In this document: one piece after another, positions 35,502 through 45,093 of the stretch
Position numbering within the stretch: position 1 is the first letter of the stretch
How the letters are laid out: the number at the start of each line of letters is the position of its first letter
Source of the DNA: Anaerolineales bacterium
Lineage (GTDB): Bacteria; Chloroflexota; Anaerolineae; Anaerolineales; E44-bin32
Length of the DNA: 64,000 bases
Direction: 5' to 3'
Assembly: GCA_034430395.1 (NCBI GenBank)
Contig: DAOUEQ010000036.1
Span: 2,116-66,115 of the forward strand
Notes under the pieces: generated by a model
Told to the model about the DNA's origin: nothing
The model's database searches: none
The model's input: the letters and a program-made list of their open reading frames with translations, nothing else
Translations under genes and position numbers: made by a program

Positions 35502-37190
35502 GTGCCTATCCCGCTCGATATGAGATCGTTACTTCACACACTCGAAGACCAAGACACAGGCTACCTGCGGATCCTTTGTGAATTGTGGGGATTCGACTTA
35601 CCCCTGGGCTCCCCTCGTTCAGTCGTCGATAGCATAACGCACGATATGCTCAAGCGAGACACGCTTGATGAACTCATCAACAGCTTACCCGACACAGCCA
35701 AACAAACCCTTGAGGGGATTGCCCACACTGGCGGTCGGATGGCTTTCCCCGACCTGATTCGGGACCACGGAGAATTGCGGGAAATGGGACCGGGAAAGCG
35801 CGATCGCGAACAGCCCTGGCGCAGCCCAATTTCTCAAGTTGAGGTGCTTTGGTATCGTGGTCTGATCGGCCGCGCGTTTTCTGATACGCCCAAAGGTCCG
35901 CAGGAATTCGCCTATATCCCAACGGATTTGCTGCAGATGCTAAGAGAATCACTTCCAGATTACAGCACTCCTTCACTCTCGCCTCTGCCGCAAGAACCAA
36001 AACATTTCTACTTGGCAACTTCGGCAGCAGTTGACGATGCCACAACTCTTCTGGCCGCTATGCGCCGCACCCCCTTCGCTTCATTCGATCTCTCCCAGGA
36101 TCAAGACATCATTCTGGAGCGCTTTCTTCTAATTCCCCGTATGCAAATTCTTCTGCATACAATCCTTCAGGAAATGTCATTGATCGAAGGTCCGCCATGG
36201 ACGCCCAATCCCGAGAGAACTCGCGCTTTCATAGGCGCCCCCCGCTCGCAAGCAGTGCGCGATCTGCTTCTGACTTGGAAAGACTCTGTGACCTGGAACG
36301 ACTTGGCAGTACTCCCTCACATCGTATGTAACACCGATGCGTGGCCCAATGACGCAAGGCTCTCGCGTCAAGGCGTTCTCGATCTCCTGCAGCCTCTAAA
36401 GCCGGGGCTTTGGTGGGATCTTAATGATTTCGTAGAAGGGATCCGACAAACTCACCCAGCCTTTCAGCGGCCGGGCGGCGATTTTGATTCCTGGTATCTT
36501 CAGGACCAAAGCGGGATTTTCCTCCATGGCATCGAGAACTGGAATAGGGTCGATGGCGCCCTTATTCGCTACGTTATCACTGGTCCCCTTCATTGGCTTG
36601 GAGCCGTCGATCTCGGCCAAGATTCTCAATCGCGGTCGTCCTCCTCGTTCCGCCTCACACGCGTGTCGGCGCTGCTGTACGATCCGAAAGCACCCGTCCA
36701 CGTTGAAGGACCAGAAAAGGCGATTATTATTCACTCCGATGGACGCATCATCGTTCCTCGCGGTGTCGACCGAGTTGTTCGCTATCAAATCGCGCGCTTC
36801 TCGCATTGGGCATCGGTCGAAGATGAGAAGTATGAGTACCGCCTCACCCCTAGCACGCTGCAACGAGCCAGAGAGCAAGGACTGTCCCATCAGCATATCC
36901 GTGCCGTCCTGGAGAAGACCTGCGATGCCTCGCTGCCGCCTGCGGTTGATGTGGCGTTAACTCGCTGGGCCGAGAAGGGCACTGAAGCGCGTATTCAGCG
37001 ATACTGGGTCCTACGCGTCCGCTCTCCAGATGTACTCGAGATGCTGCGCAGCAAGAAATCGACAAACCGCTACTTTAAAGAAATCCTCAGCCCAACCGCT
37101 GCAATCGTACAACCCTCAGATTGGCCTAAGCTGCAGGCGGCCGCGGCGCGTCTCGGGCTTTTAATCGATCCGCCGGGCTCGAACGAGTAA
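35502..37190 (+). CDS. Helicase-associated-domain protein (C-terminus homologous to the XPB/Ssl2 N-terminal region) without an ATPase core
   Basis: The C-terminal YEYRLTPSTLQRAREQGLSHQHIRAVLEKT...LPPAVDVALTRWAEKGTEARIQRYWVLRVRSPDVLEMLRS parallels the human XPB segment [44 protein letters not shown]...VLKHNRYFVES..PDVIQHLLQ, quoted from memory. The start is GTG at 35502 or ATG at 35520. Confidence 0.6.
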   Translation: MPIPLDMRSLLHTLEDQDTGYLRILCELWGFDLPLGSPRSVVDSITHDMLKRDTLDELINSLPDTAKQTLEGIAHTGGRMAFPDLIRDHGELREMGPGKRDREQPWRSPISQVEVLWYRGLIGRAFSDTPKGPQEFAYIPTDLLQMLRESLPDYSTPSLSPLPQEPKHFYLATSAAVDDATTLLAAMRRTPFASFDLSQDQDIILERFLLIPRMQILLHTILQEMSLIEGPPWTPNPERTRAFIGAPRSQAVRDLLLTWKDSVTWNDLAVLPHIVCNTDAWPNDARLSRQGVLDLLQPLKPGLWWDLNDFVEGIRQTHPAFQRPGGDFDSWYLQDQSGIFLHGIENWNRVDGALIRYVITGPLHWLGAVDLGQDSQSRSSSSFRLTRVSALLYDPKAPVHVEGPEKAIIIHSDGRIIVPRGVDRVVRYQIARFSHWASVEDEKYEYRLTPSTLQRAREQGLSHQHIRAVLEKTCDASLPPAVDVALTRWAEKGTEARIQRYWVLRVRSPDVLEMLRSKKSTNRYFKEILSPTAAIVQPSDWPKLQAAAARLGLLIDPPGSNE

Positions 37191-37234
37191 GCTTGAAGCC
37201 CCCTCTGAAACCCAAACGTCCAAAGAAATAAAAT

Positions 37235-37260
37235 ATCATCCCGAGAACGTGAGGGATGAT
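37235..37260. terminator. Hairpin between convergent genes (ATCATCCC-10 nt-GGGATGAT), AT-rich flanks
   Basis: It is an 8-bp stem with AAATA upstream and TTATT downstream. Confidence 0.45.
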
Positions 37261-37328
37261 TTATTGATAGCGATTTTATTTTTGTTAGATACAGAAGGAT
37301 CTCCACGTACGAGGAAGGAAAATTAATG

Positions 37329-37706
37329 CTATGACAGCGCTTTTTGTATCGCCTCTTCCAGTTCTTCGATTGTTACGGGTTTAAAAATAAAAGCGTTCGC
37401 GCCAATCCGCATAGCTTCGTCTACCTGGATGTCGGTTGTCTCTGATGAGAGCATCACCACTGGAATCTCTTTCAGATCATCACGCATGCGCAGGAACTCC
37501 AAAAAATCGATTCCGGTGACCTCCGGCATGTTGATATCCAGCACGATAAGCTCCGGCCGCTCACCCGCAAGAAGCCGCTTGGCTGCGCTGCGGGCGTCTC
37601 GGAAAATCTCTACTGAAGAATCGAGAAGCTGCAACATCAGCTTAACGGCATGGCTCATCTCATCGTCGTCGTCCACAATCCAGACTGCCCGCATCCTTTC
37701 CTCCAT
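37329..37706 (-). CDS. Stand-alone response regulator receiver (CheY-like)
   Basis: 125 aa with the DD pair VWIVDDDD, the phospho-acceptor context LIVLDINMP, T/S at LSSE and K at FIFKP. The start overlaps the uvrC stop. Confidence 0.88.
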   Translation of the reverse strand: MEERMRAVWIVDDDDEMSHAVKLMLQLLDSSVEIFRDARSAAKRLLAGERPELIVLDINMPEVTGIDFLEFLRMRDDLKEIPVVMLSSETTDIQVDEAMRIGANAFIFKPVTIEELEEAIQKALS

Positions 37707-39571
37707 TAGCCTGTGAGCGCTTCTTGAATCTGCTCCGCTGTCTTTAACGTGATTCCGGAGATGCCGGCCAGATCTTCAAGGCTCGCTTGCCTAATCCCTT
37801 CGAGGTCACCAAAGGTCTTTATTAATGCCTTCCGGCGTGCCGGACCAACACCAGTGATACTATCGAGCTTCGAAGCAAGGCCTCCTCGCCGGCGTTGAGT
37901 CCGGTGTTGCCGCAGGGCGAAACGATGGGCTTCATCTCTAATCCGCTGAACAAGGTACAAGCCTTGTGACCGTCGCGGTAGGATGACGGGATCTGTTCGA
38001 TCTGGAAGGTGGATCTCCTCATGCCCTTTTGCCAGTCCAACCACTGGCACGCGCTCTCTTAGATTGTACTCCTCCAGGATCTTACAAGCCCGGCTGAGCT
38101 GCCCCTTCCCGCCATCGACAATCAGGAGATCCGGCAGCAAACCAAAACTCTTATCCAGCTTTCCGCCTGGTTTCCCTGCTTCCTCATTCGCAATCCACCA
38201 ACGTCTGAAGCGCCGCCCTAAGATCTCCTCCATACTGGCAAAATCGTCCTGGCCCTGTACGTTCTTTATCGTAAACTTGCGGTAGAGTTTCTTGCTGGGT
38301 GCTCCCTGCTCAAATACAACCATCGAACCCGCAGCGGCTGTCCCTTGCAGATTGGATATATCGTAGCACTCAATTCGATTCGGCGGGGCTTGGAGGGTTA
38401 GCGCCTCCTGAAGTTCGCCCAATGCCTGTACGTGCTTGCTACGGTCCGCCTCCCACTTCGCTTTAAGAGAGGCCAGGGTTTCCGCCGCGTTTTCCGCCAC
38501 CAATGCCACCAAATCTCGCTTCGCGCCACGGCGCGGTACCTTCAGGTAGACCTTTGCCCCAGCGCGCCGATCGTTGAGCCAGGTCTCAATGATGCGCGCC
38601 TCCTCTATCTCAACAGGCAGGAGTATTCGTGGTGGGATATGCGTTGCCTCAGTATAGAACTGTTTTACAAAGGCCTCCACCAATTCTTGGTCTTGGGCCT
38701 CATGCGTGCCATCAAGCACGAAATACTCTGTCCCGATGAGTTTGCCCCCTCGCACAAAAAATATCTGGATGCATGCATCACGCTCATCTCGAGCGAAGGC
38801 TATGACATCCGTATCAAGCTTATCCTGCGTAACAACTTTCTGTCCTTCGACGACTTTCTCGATAGCGTACAACTGATCACGTATACTTCCAGCCCTTTCA
38901 TATTCCAGCGCTTCCGACGCTCTTTCCATCTCCTGCTCAAGCCGGCTCACAATCGGATCCGTGCGCCCTTGAAGGAATCGGCCGAGGTCATTGATCATTG
39001 CTCGATAACCCACACGATCAATTTTGCCGATGCATGGCGCCAAGCAGAGTTTAATATCGTCATAAAGGCAAGAGCGTCGGTCTTCGCCTGTGATCACACG
39101 ATCGCAGGTGAGATATGGGAAGATCTTGCGCAACACATCAAGGGTGCGGTGGACCGCCCAGACGCTTGTATACGGACCATAATAGCGCGCTCCATCGTTT
39201 ATCACCCGGCGTGTGACCGTGACTTTGGGAAAGGGGTCTTTCCAATGGATTTTGATATATGGATATCTTTTATCATCCTTGAGGCGGATGTTGTATTTCG
39301 GTCGATAGCGCTTGATGAGATTCATCTCCAAGATCAGCGCCTCGAGTTCTGAGCTGACAACAATCCATTCAACATCTTCGATCTTTAAGACCAACTCTGC
39401 TGTTTTGCGGCTGTGGTTGGCGGAATCTTGAAAATAGGATCGAACCCGGCTGCGCAGGTTGACTGCTTTACCGACATAAATAACCCGGCTCTCCTTGTCC
39501 TTCATCAAGTAGCAACCGGGCTTGTTGGGGATTCCCTGTAAGATTGGATTGAGACGATCAGGTGCAACCAT
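37706..39571 (-). CDS. uvrC: Excinuclease ABC subunit C
   Basis: 621 aa with the GIY-YIG motif GCYLMKD...VIYVGKA..LRSRVRSY, a UVR domain, an endonuclease V-like domain and a C-terminal (HhH)2 ITGVGPARRKALIKTFG. Confidence 0.95.
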   Translation of the reverse strand: MVAPDRLNPILQGIPNKPGCYLMKDKESRVIYVGKAVNLRSRVRSYFQDSANHSRKTAELVLKIEDVEWIVVSSELEALILEMNLIKRYRPKYNIRLKDDKRYPYIKIHWKDPFPKVTVTRRVINDGARYYGPYTSVWAVHRTLDVLRKIFPYLTCDRVITGEDRRSCLYDDIKLCLAPCIGKIDRVGYRAMINDLGRFLQGRTDPIVSRLEQEMERASEALEYERAGSIRDQLYAIEKVVEGQKVVTQDKLDTDVIAFARDERDACIQIFFVRGGKLIGTEYFVLDGTHEAQDQELVEAFVKQFYTEATHIPPRILLPVEIEEARIIETWLNDRRAGAKVYLKVPRRGAKRDLVALVAENAAETLASLKAKWEADRSKHVQALGELQEALTLQAPPNRIECYDISNLQGTAAAGSMVVFEQGAPSKKLYRKFTIKNVQGQDDFASMEEILGRRFRRWWIANEEAGKPGGKLDKSFGLLPDLLIVDGGKGQLSRACKILEEYNLRERVPVVGLAKGHEEIHLPDRTDPVILPRRSQGLYLVQRIRDEAHRFALRQHRTQRRRGGLASKLDSITGVGPARRKALIKTFGDLEGIRQASLEDLAGISGITLKTAEQIQEALTG

Positions 39572-39712
39572 ACTACGTCGATTCTAGCATATCTGGATCA
39601 CATCAAACTTACGGGAAACCTTCGCTTCATGGATTACTTAGGGAATTGCACCCCCGACCTACCATGTTGGATATTCCCATTGCGCCGTGGGAGACAGTAT
39701 AATCGCGGGACT

Positions 39713-40996
39713 ATGCTAATTATCAAACGCCGACTCCCGGTTTTCCTGATTCTCGCCGTCGCACTTTCGAGCTGCGTAAATGCTAGCACCACGACGACTC
39801 CCGGTCTACCGACGACGGTTCCAAGTTCCCCGGTGCCTACAGTATCGGCAACAGAAGCTCCCCCACAAGCGCCTCGCAGTCTAACACTCTGGGTTGCTCC
39901 GCCCTTCGCACCGGGATCAGAAAGCCCAGCCGGCGCATTGCTCACGGAGCGCTTGCGAGCCTTTGAGCAGATTCATCCTGGGCTGAGCATCCAGGTGCGA
40001 GTTAAGAGTACCGATGGTCCCTCGGGCTTATTAGAGACGCTTATCGCCGCGAATGCCGCCGCGCCCGCACTCCTTCCGGACGCGATAACATTCAGCACTT
40101 CAAACCTAGAGGATGCAGCCTCCAAGGACCTGATCATCGCACTGGACGATATTCTCCCAGCTCCCGAAACTCCGGATTGGTATGATTTTAGTCTACCCGC
40201 CGCACGCGTTGCCGGGGATTTCTTCGGACTTCCGCTCGCCAGCGAGGTAAACATCCTGGCATACCGCAGCGATCTCTATCCCTCGCCTCCCAGGAGTTGG
40301 GAGGATCTACTCGGTGAACCGCGCAGTTTCCGCTTTCCTGCCGGCGATCCGCTGGCGGTCTTCACACTGGCGCAGTATCTCTCCCTGGATGGTTTTCTCC
40401 TCAACACTGACGATACCCCAGCCCTAAACCCTGCTGTGCTATCCGATGTATTGACCACTTACAACGCAGCCCTTGCAGCTCAAATTCTCCCTTATTCCGT
40501 TAGGCAAATCTCGACTGTGGAACAATCCTGGTCTGCCCTGCAAGACAACAGTGCAGCCAGCGCAGTTGCCCCCTTAAGCACCTATTTGTTTGCTGATAAT
40601 CCGGAGAAGTTCTCCGCCGTTCCTCTTCCAACGCAGGATGGCAAAGGTATCGGCCTTGCCTCGACATGGTCCTGGGCAATCGTTACACAGGATGCTGAGC
40701 GGATCCAGATCGTTGCCGAGTTGCTTGCCTGGCTTAATGCGCCTGATTTCCTCGGGTTGTGGACTCACTCATTGGGGATGCTTCCACCCACAAGCGCCTC
40801 TTTAGCTGCCTGGCCGGAAGGGAATAGCGCCGCCTTGGCCAGCAGCCTCGTCACCGTAACGCAACCGATGCCGCATTCATCGCTTCGCCTCACAATAGGA
40901 CCGGTTCTTTATGATGCAGTCGAAGCCGTCCTCGGCGGAGGAGAAGCTCCAACGACAGCGGCTCAAGCCGCAGCGGAAGCGCTCTCCAATCCCTAA
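39713..40996 (+). CDS. Lipoprotein, probable ABC-transporter extracellular solute-binding protein
   Basis: 427 aa from MLIIKRRLPVFLILAVALSSC (lipobox LSSC). A Thr/Pro-rich linker is followed by an SBP-like fold. TATAAT at 39698-39703 lies 9 nt before the ATG. Confidence 0.6.
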   Translation: MLIIKRRLPVFLILAVALSSCVNASTTTTPGLPTTVPSSPVPTVSATEAPPQAPRSLTLWVAPPFAPGSESPAGALLTERLRAFEQIHPGLSIQVRVKSTDGPSGLLETLIAANAAAPALLPDAITFSTSNLEDAASKDLIIALDDILPAPETPDWYDFSLPAARVAGDFFGLPLASEVNILAYRSDLYPSPPRSWEDLLGEPRSFRFPAGDPLAVFTLAQYLSLDGFLLNTDDTPALNPAVLSDVLTTYNAALAAQILPYSVRQISTVEQSWSALQDNSAASAVAPLSTYLFADNPEKFSAVPLPTQDGKGIGLASTWSWAIVTQDAERIQIVAELLAWLNAPDFLGLWTHSLGMLPPTSASLAAWPEGNSAALASSLVTVTQPMPHSSLRLTIGPVLYDAVEAVLGGGEAPTTAAQAAAEALSNP

Positions 40997-41030
40997 TGTC
41001 ACAGTCATTGATAGAGATCGCATTCAGGCG

Positions 41031-42341
41031 ATGATAGAGCTCCCGCGATTTGATGATCACAAGAAACACCTACACCAGATTTCTCTGAAGGCACTCGAGG
41101 CTGCCGATGCTCATCGAGCTGTTCGCAGGCATCTACGTCTTTCCAGAGAAGGTATCGAGGCTGGTACATACACATTTGGGTTGAAATCCGGGGCGCGGAT
41201 ATATCTGGTCGCGTGCGGGAAAGCGGCACCCGCTATGACGAGAGCTGCTGTGGAAATCCTTCATGATCAAATCGAGGCCGGGGTCATCGCTGCACCGTGC
41301 CTTATCGCTGATCTATCCCCCTCGCTTCAAATATTTCATGCGGGTCATCCCCTACCTGATGAGGGCAGCCTGGCCGCGGGGCACGCTGCCGCGCGTCTCC
41401 TTGAGAGCACGACCGACGATGATCTTCTGCTTGCACTCATCTCAGGGGGTGGATCGGCGATGCTCGAACTGCCACTTCCGGGTATTGATCTCGATGATCT
41501 CCGTCACCTGAACACTCTTCTCATCCAATCCGGGCTTCCAATCCACAAGATTAACACCATACGCAGCGCACTTTCCCGCATAAAAAATGGCGGTCTAGCG
41601 CGGCTGGCCGCTCCTGCGCGCGTATTATCCCTTATCCTTTCCGATGTCGTCGGCGATCGTTTATCAGCCATAGCATCGGGGCCTACAGTCCTGAAACGTG
41701 CCTCGCACACCGCGGCGCGTCACATACTTCAAGAAAGCGGGCTTTGGACAGAAACCTGTGCCTCGATCCGTTCCGCCCTTGATCACCCTGATCCTCCGTT
41801 GGAGAGGGCGCGACGCCCAAGGAATATTTTAATTGGCAGCAATTCAAGCGTCCTCCGCGCAGCGCGACAACAGGCGCATGCCCTCGGCTTCTCTGTAAAA
41901 ACCGTTACAACAAAAATGCAGGGCGAAGCCCGCGAAGTCGGCGAACGTTTCGGTCAACGGATAATGAACTTTTGCAAGCGCAGAACTCTTGAAAAACCCG
42001 TCTGTCTATTAATGGGCGGCGAAACCACAGTTTCGGTACGGGGCCAGGGCCTTGGTGGACGCAATCAAGAATTGGCGCTCGCCGCCGCGATTACCCTATC
42101 AGGCACACAGCGTGTGGCTGTCATGAGCTTCGCTACGGATGGTGTTGACGGCCCCACGGATGCGGCGGGTGCAATTATCACAGGAGATACAGCATCTAGA
42201 TCAGCTGCGCAAGGATTCGATCCCCAAGAAGCGCTTCAAGAGAATGACGCGTACCCTCTCTTAAAAGCTGCGGATGCTCTCCTTCACATCGGTCCAACGG
42301 GCACGAACCTCAACGACCTGGTCGTCGGCCTGATTTATTGA
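41031..42341 (+). CDS. Glycerate 2-kinase / hydroxypyruvate reductase family (DUF4147 + MOFRL)
   Basis: It carries the motifs LVACGKAAPAM, ISGGGSA and GGETTVSVRGQGLGGRNQE. The start is taken at the ATG at 41031, after the upstream gene's stop. Confidence 0.8.
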   Translation: MIELPRFDDHKKHLHQISLKALEAADAHRAVRRHLRLSREGIEAGTYTFGLKSGARIYLVACGKAAPAMTRAAVEILHDQIEAGVIAAPCLIADLSPSLQIFHAGHPLPDEGSLAAGHAAARLLESTTDDDLLLALISGGGSAMLELPLPGIDLDDLRHLNTLLIQSGLPIHKINTIRSALSRIKNGGLARLAAPARVLSLILSDVVGDRLSAIASGPTVLKRASHTAARHILQESGLWTETCASIRSALDHPDPPLERARRPRNILIGSNSSVLRAARQQAHALGFSVKTVTTKMQGEAREVGERFGQRIMNFCKRRTLEKPVCLLMGGETTVSVRGQGLGGRNQELALAAAITLSGTQRVAVMSFATDGVDGPTDAAGAIITGDTASRSAAQGFDPQEALQENDAYPLLKAADALLHIGPTGTNLNDLVVGLIY

Positions 42342-42435
42342 GTTAATCCAACATCTCCGAAATTCACCTCGTTTGACCCCTCCACAAGCGCCTGATACAA
42401 TCCCGCCGCTACCTACATCTTGCCCAGGAGGATTC

Positions 42436-43893
42436 ATGCCCATCCACTTTGGAACAGACGGATGGCGGGGAGTGATCTCCGACACGTTTACCTTTCACAA
42501 CTTGCGCCGTATCTCTCAAGCGATCGCTGATGCAGTCGCTTCGGAGGAGTGGTTCAACGGAGTAACAAGCAAAGCGAAACCAGATCCCAAACACATGGTG
42601 GTCGGTTTTGACACTCGTTTCCTCTCCGACCGCTACGCGGCTGAAGCCGCGCGGGTGCTCGCAGCAAATGGATACAAGGTGTATCTCACCATGGCTGATG
42701 TGCCCACCCCAGCGGTCTCATACACCGTAAGACACCTGGGTGCGATCGCTGGATTAATGATCACCGCCTCGCATAATGCACCGCGCTACAATGGGGTGAA
42801 GCTCAAGGCCGCGCAGGGCTACTCCGCTGCCATAGAACAATGCCGGAGAGTGGAGGTTTATCTAAACGACAACGAGGCTCGAGGTCGGGGACCTAATTTA
42901 TTGGATTATGAGCAAGCTCGCTCCGAAGGTTTGATCGAGCGCATCAATCCCACCCCGGCTTACTACGATCATTTGAGACAACTCATCGACTTCGACAAAA
43001 TCGCGGACAATCCACAGCACATCGTCGTTGATTCGATGTTCGGATCCGGCAGAGGGCAAATACGCGGCATACTTCAGGGCACTGGTTGTGAGGTGTTCGA
43101 AATCCGCGGAGAGATGAATCCTGGATTCGGCGGCATCCATCCTGAGCCTATTGGACATTACCTTGGCGCGCTTGCCGGCGCGATCGCTGCAGGCCACGGT
43201 CAATTCGGCCTGGCTACGGACGGCGATGCCGACCGTCTCGGCGCCATGGATGGTCGCGGCCAATTCGTCGATCCACATCGCATCATGGCCCTTGCACTCA
43301 AATACCTTTTCGAGAAGCGAGGTTTTCAGGGGAAAGTCGTTAAAACAGTGTCAACCACTCAAATGATCAACCGGCTGGCCGAGAAATTTGGGCTTGAGGT
43401 TATAGAGACACCGGTCGGATTCAATTACATTGCCGAGTGTATGCTGCAAGATGACGTGCTCATTGGAGGCGAAGAGTCAGGTGGGATCTCCTTCAAAGGA
43501 CATATTCCAGAGGGGGATGGCATCCTCATGGGGCTTTTGCTCACGGAGATGGTCGCGGAAAGTGGCGTCCCGCTGGATGAGATGATCGCCGACTTACTCA
43601 CCGAGGTTGGACCCGCCCACTATAAACGCGTTGACATGCGTCTTGCCCGTCCGATTGTGAAGGACCAACTGGTTAAACAGCTCTCAGAGAACGCTCCATC
43701 TTCTATTGGCGGCGTTGATATTTCCACGGTAAACACACTGGATGGTGCGAAGTACCTCTTGGCCGACGATTCCTGGCTCCTGATCCGACCATCCGGGACC
43801 GAGCCGGTCTTGCGGGTGTACGCGGAAGCTCGCGATCCCGAACAGGTCAGCCGGCTTCTCAAGTTTGGTCAATCTGTAGCTGAAGGGGCTTAG
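42436..43893 (+). CDS. Alpha-D-phosphohexomutase (phosphoglucomutase/phosphomannomutase family)
   Basis: AGGAGG lies 4 nt upstream of the ATG at 42436. It has FGTDGWRG, the active-site loop ITASHNAPRYNG, the metal loop ATDGDADR and GEESGG. Confidence 0.88.
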   Translation: MPIHFGTDGWRGVISDTFTFHNLRRISQAIADAVASEEWFNGVTSKAKPDPKHMVVGFDTRFLSDRYAAEAARVLAANGYKVYLTMADVPTPAVSYTVRHLGAIAGLMITASHNAPRYNGVKLKAAQGYSAAIEQCRRVEVYLNDNEARGRGPNLLDYEQARSEGLIERINPTPAYYDHLRQLIDFDKIADNPQHIVVDSMFGSGRGQIRGILQGTGCEVFEIRGEMNPGFGGIHPEPIGHYLGALAGAIAAGHGQFGLATDGDADRLGAMDGRGQFVDPHRIMALALKYLFEKRGFQGKVVKTVSTTQMINRLAEKFGLEVIETPVGFNYIAECMLQDDVLIGGEESGGISFKGHIPEGDGILMGLLLTEMVAESGVPLDEMIADLLTEVGPAHYKRVDMRLARPIVKDQLVKQLSENAPSSIGGVDISTVNTLDGAKYLLADDSWLLIRPSGTEPVLRVYAEARDPEQVSRLLKFGQSVAEGA

Positions 43894-43948
43894 AAGGAAA
43901 AGCTTGATGTTCAGTCCCCGGCAATGATACCAGGGGATACCCCAAGAT

Positions 43949-45091
43949 TTACGCGCTCTCTGTGCTCTCACCTTGAGAATCCGGGGGCTCGAAAGGAAGT
44001 GAGACCCAGAAAGTGCTCCCTTTCCCGAATTCACTCTCAACACCGACTTCGCCGCCGTGAATCCCGATGATTCCCTTACAAATGGCCAAGCCAGATCCAG
44101 AACCCTGCTGCTCTCGTTTCGCACGGTCGATCTGGTAGAACACGTCAAACAAGCCTCCCATATCCTGTTCCTTTATCCCTTGACCTTGATCTTGGATGCG
44201 AAGGATTAACCGATCATCATCAGTTTCCGCTGAAAACCGGACCCATTCACTTTCATCCGTTGAAAACTTTATTGCATTATCGAGTAAACGCCCAATGGCA
44301 TCCGAGAGATACGCCTCATCTGCTACAAGGGGCGGGAGATCCTCCGGGATATCCGTAACCAGCGTCAACTCTCGTTCTTCCGCTGCCGTTTGGAAGGGTT
44401 TGGCGATCACACGCAACCAAAGACCCGTCTCTTCAATCCGACGCCTCCGGTAACGGTACGCCCCCTCCGCCTCGCCTGTTTCAATTTCCACTAATATAAG
44501 GAAATCATCAACGAGGCTGTTCAATCGCAGGGCTCCTCGGCGAATGCCTTGCATGAAATTTGGGAAATCTTCTCCTGCGATTTCCTTGCCCTCGATCTCG
44601 AGCAAATCGGAATAATTGATGATGTACGTCAGAGGCGTCCGGAATTCATGGCTTAATGTAAGCAGAATCTTGCTCTTTAAGTCGGCGACTTCCTCATCTC
44701 GTTGCTGACGGAGGTTCTCCCACCGATTAAGCTTCGCCCTTACGGCGACCAACAAATCCTCATCATCAAACGGCTTGGTGATGTAATCGTCGGCGCCCAG
44801 TTCTTTACCGCGGCGGATGTCGGCTTTTTCTCCACGCGCGGTGAGAAAAATAAACGGTATAGCGCTAAGCTCGGGCTGTTCACTCACCTTTGCATGAAAT
44901 TCATACCCGTCCATCTCGGGCATCATGATGTCCGAAACGATCAAGTCCGGGTGTTGTTTTTCCAGAACCTCAAGCGCCTCTCGTCCGTTCGCGGCAATCA
45001 GCACCCTGTACTCGGTTAATTCTAGAAGTTCTCGAATCCCCTCAAGCAGCGCAAGATCATCTTCGACAACCAGAATTAATGGTTTGGTCAT
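43949..45091 (-). CDS. Hybrid receiver-histidine kinase (N-terminal REC + HisKA + HATPase_c)
   Basis: 380 aa from MTKPLILVVEDD with the REC Asp context LIVSDIMMPEMDG, the H-box SHEFRTPL and the G-boxes DQGQGI / GSGSGLAI. Confidence 0.88.
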   Translation of the reverse strand: MTKPLILVVEDDLALLEGIRELLELTEYRVLIAANGREALEVLEKQHPDLIVSDIMMPEMDGYEFHAKVSEQPELSAIPFIFLTARGEKADIRRGKELGADDYITKPFDDEDLLVAVRAKLNRWENLRQQRDEEVADLKSKILLTLSHEFRTPLTYIINYSDLLEIEGKEIAGEDFPNFMQGIRRGALRLNSLVDDFLILVEIETGEAEGAYRYRRRRIEETGLWLRVIAKPFQTAAEERELTLVTDIPEDLPPLVADEAYLSDAIGRLLDNAIKFSTDESEWVRFSAETDDDRLILRIQDQGQGIKEQDMGGLFDVFYQIDRAKREQQGSGSGLAICKGIIGIHGGEVGVESEFGKGSTFWVSLPFEPPDSQGESTESA

Positions 45092-45093
45092 GG

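Noticed and set aside
38432-39352. A 306-aa plus-strand ORF inside uvrC
   Set aside because: It is antisense to an unambiguous uvrC and has no start context or motifs.
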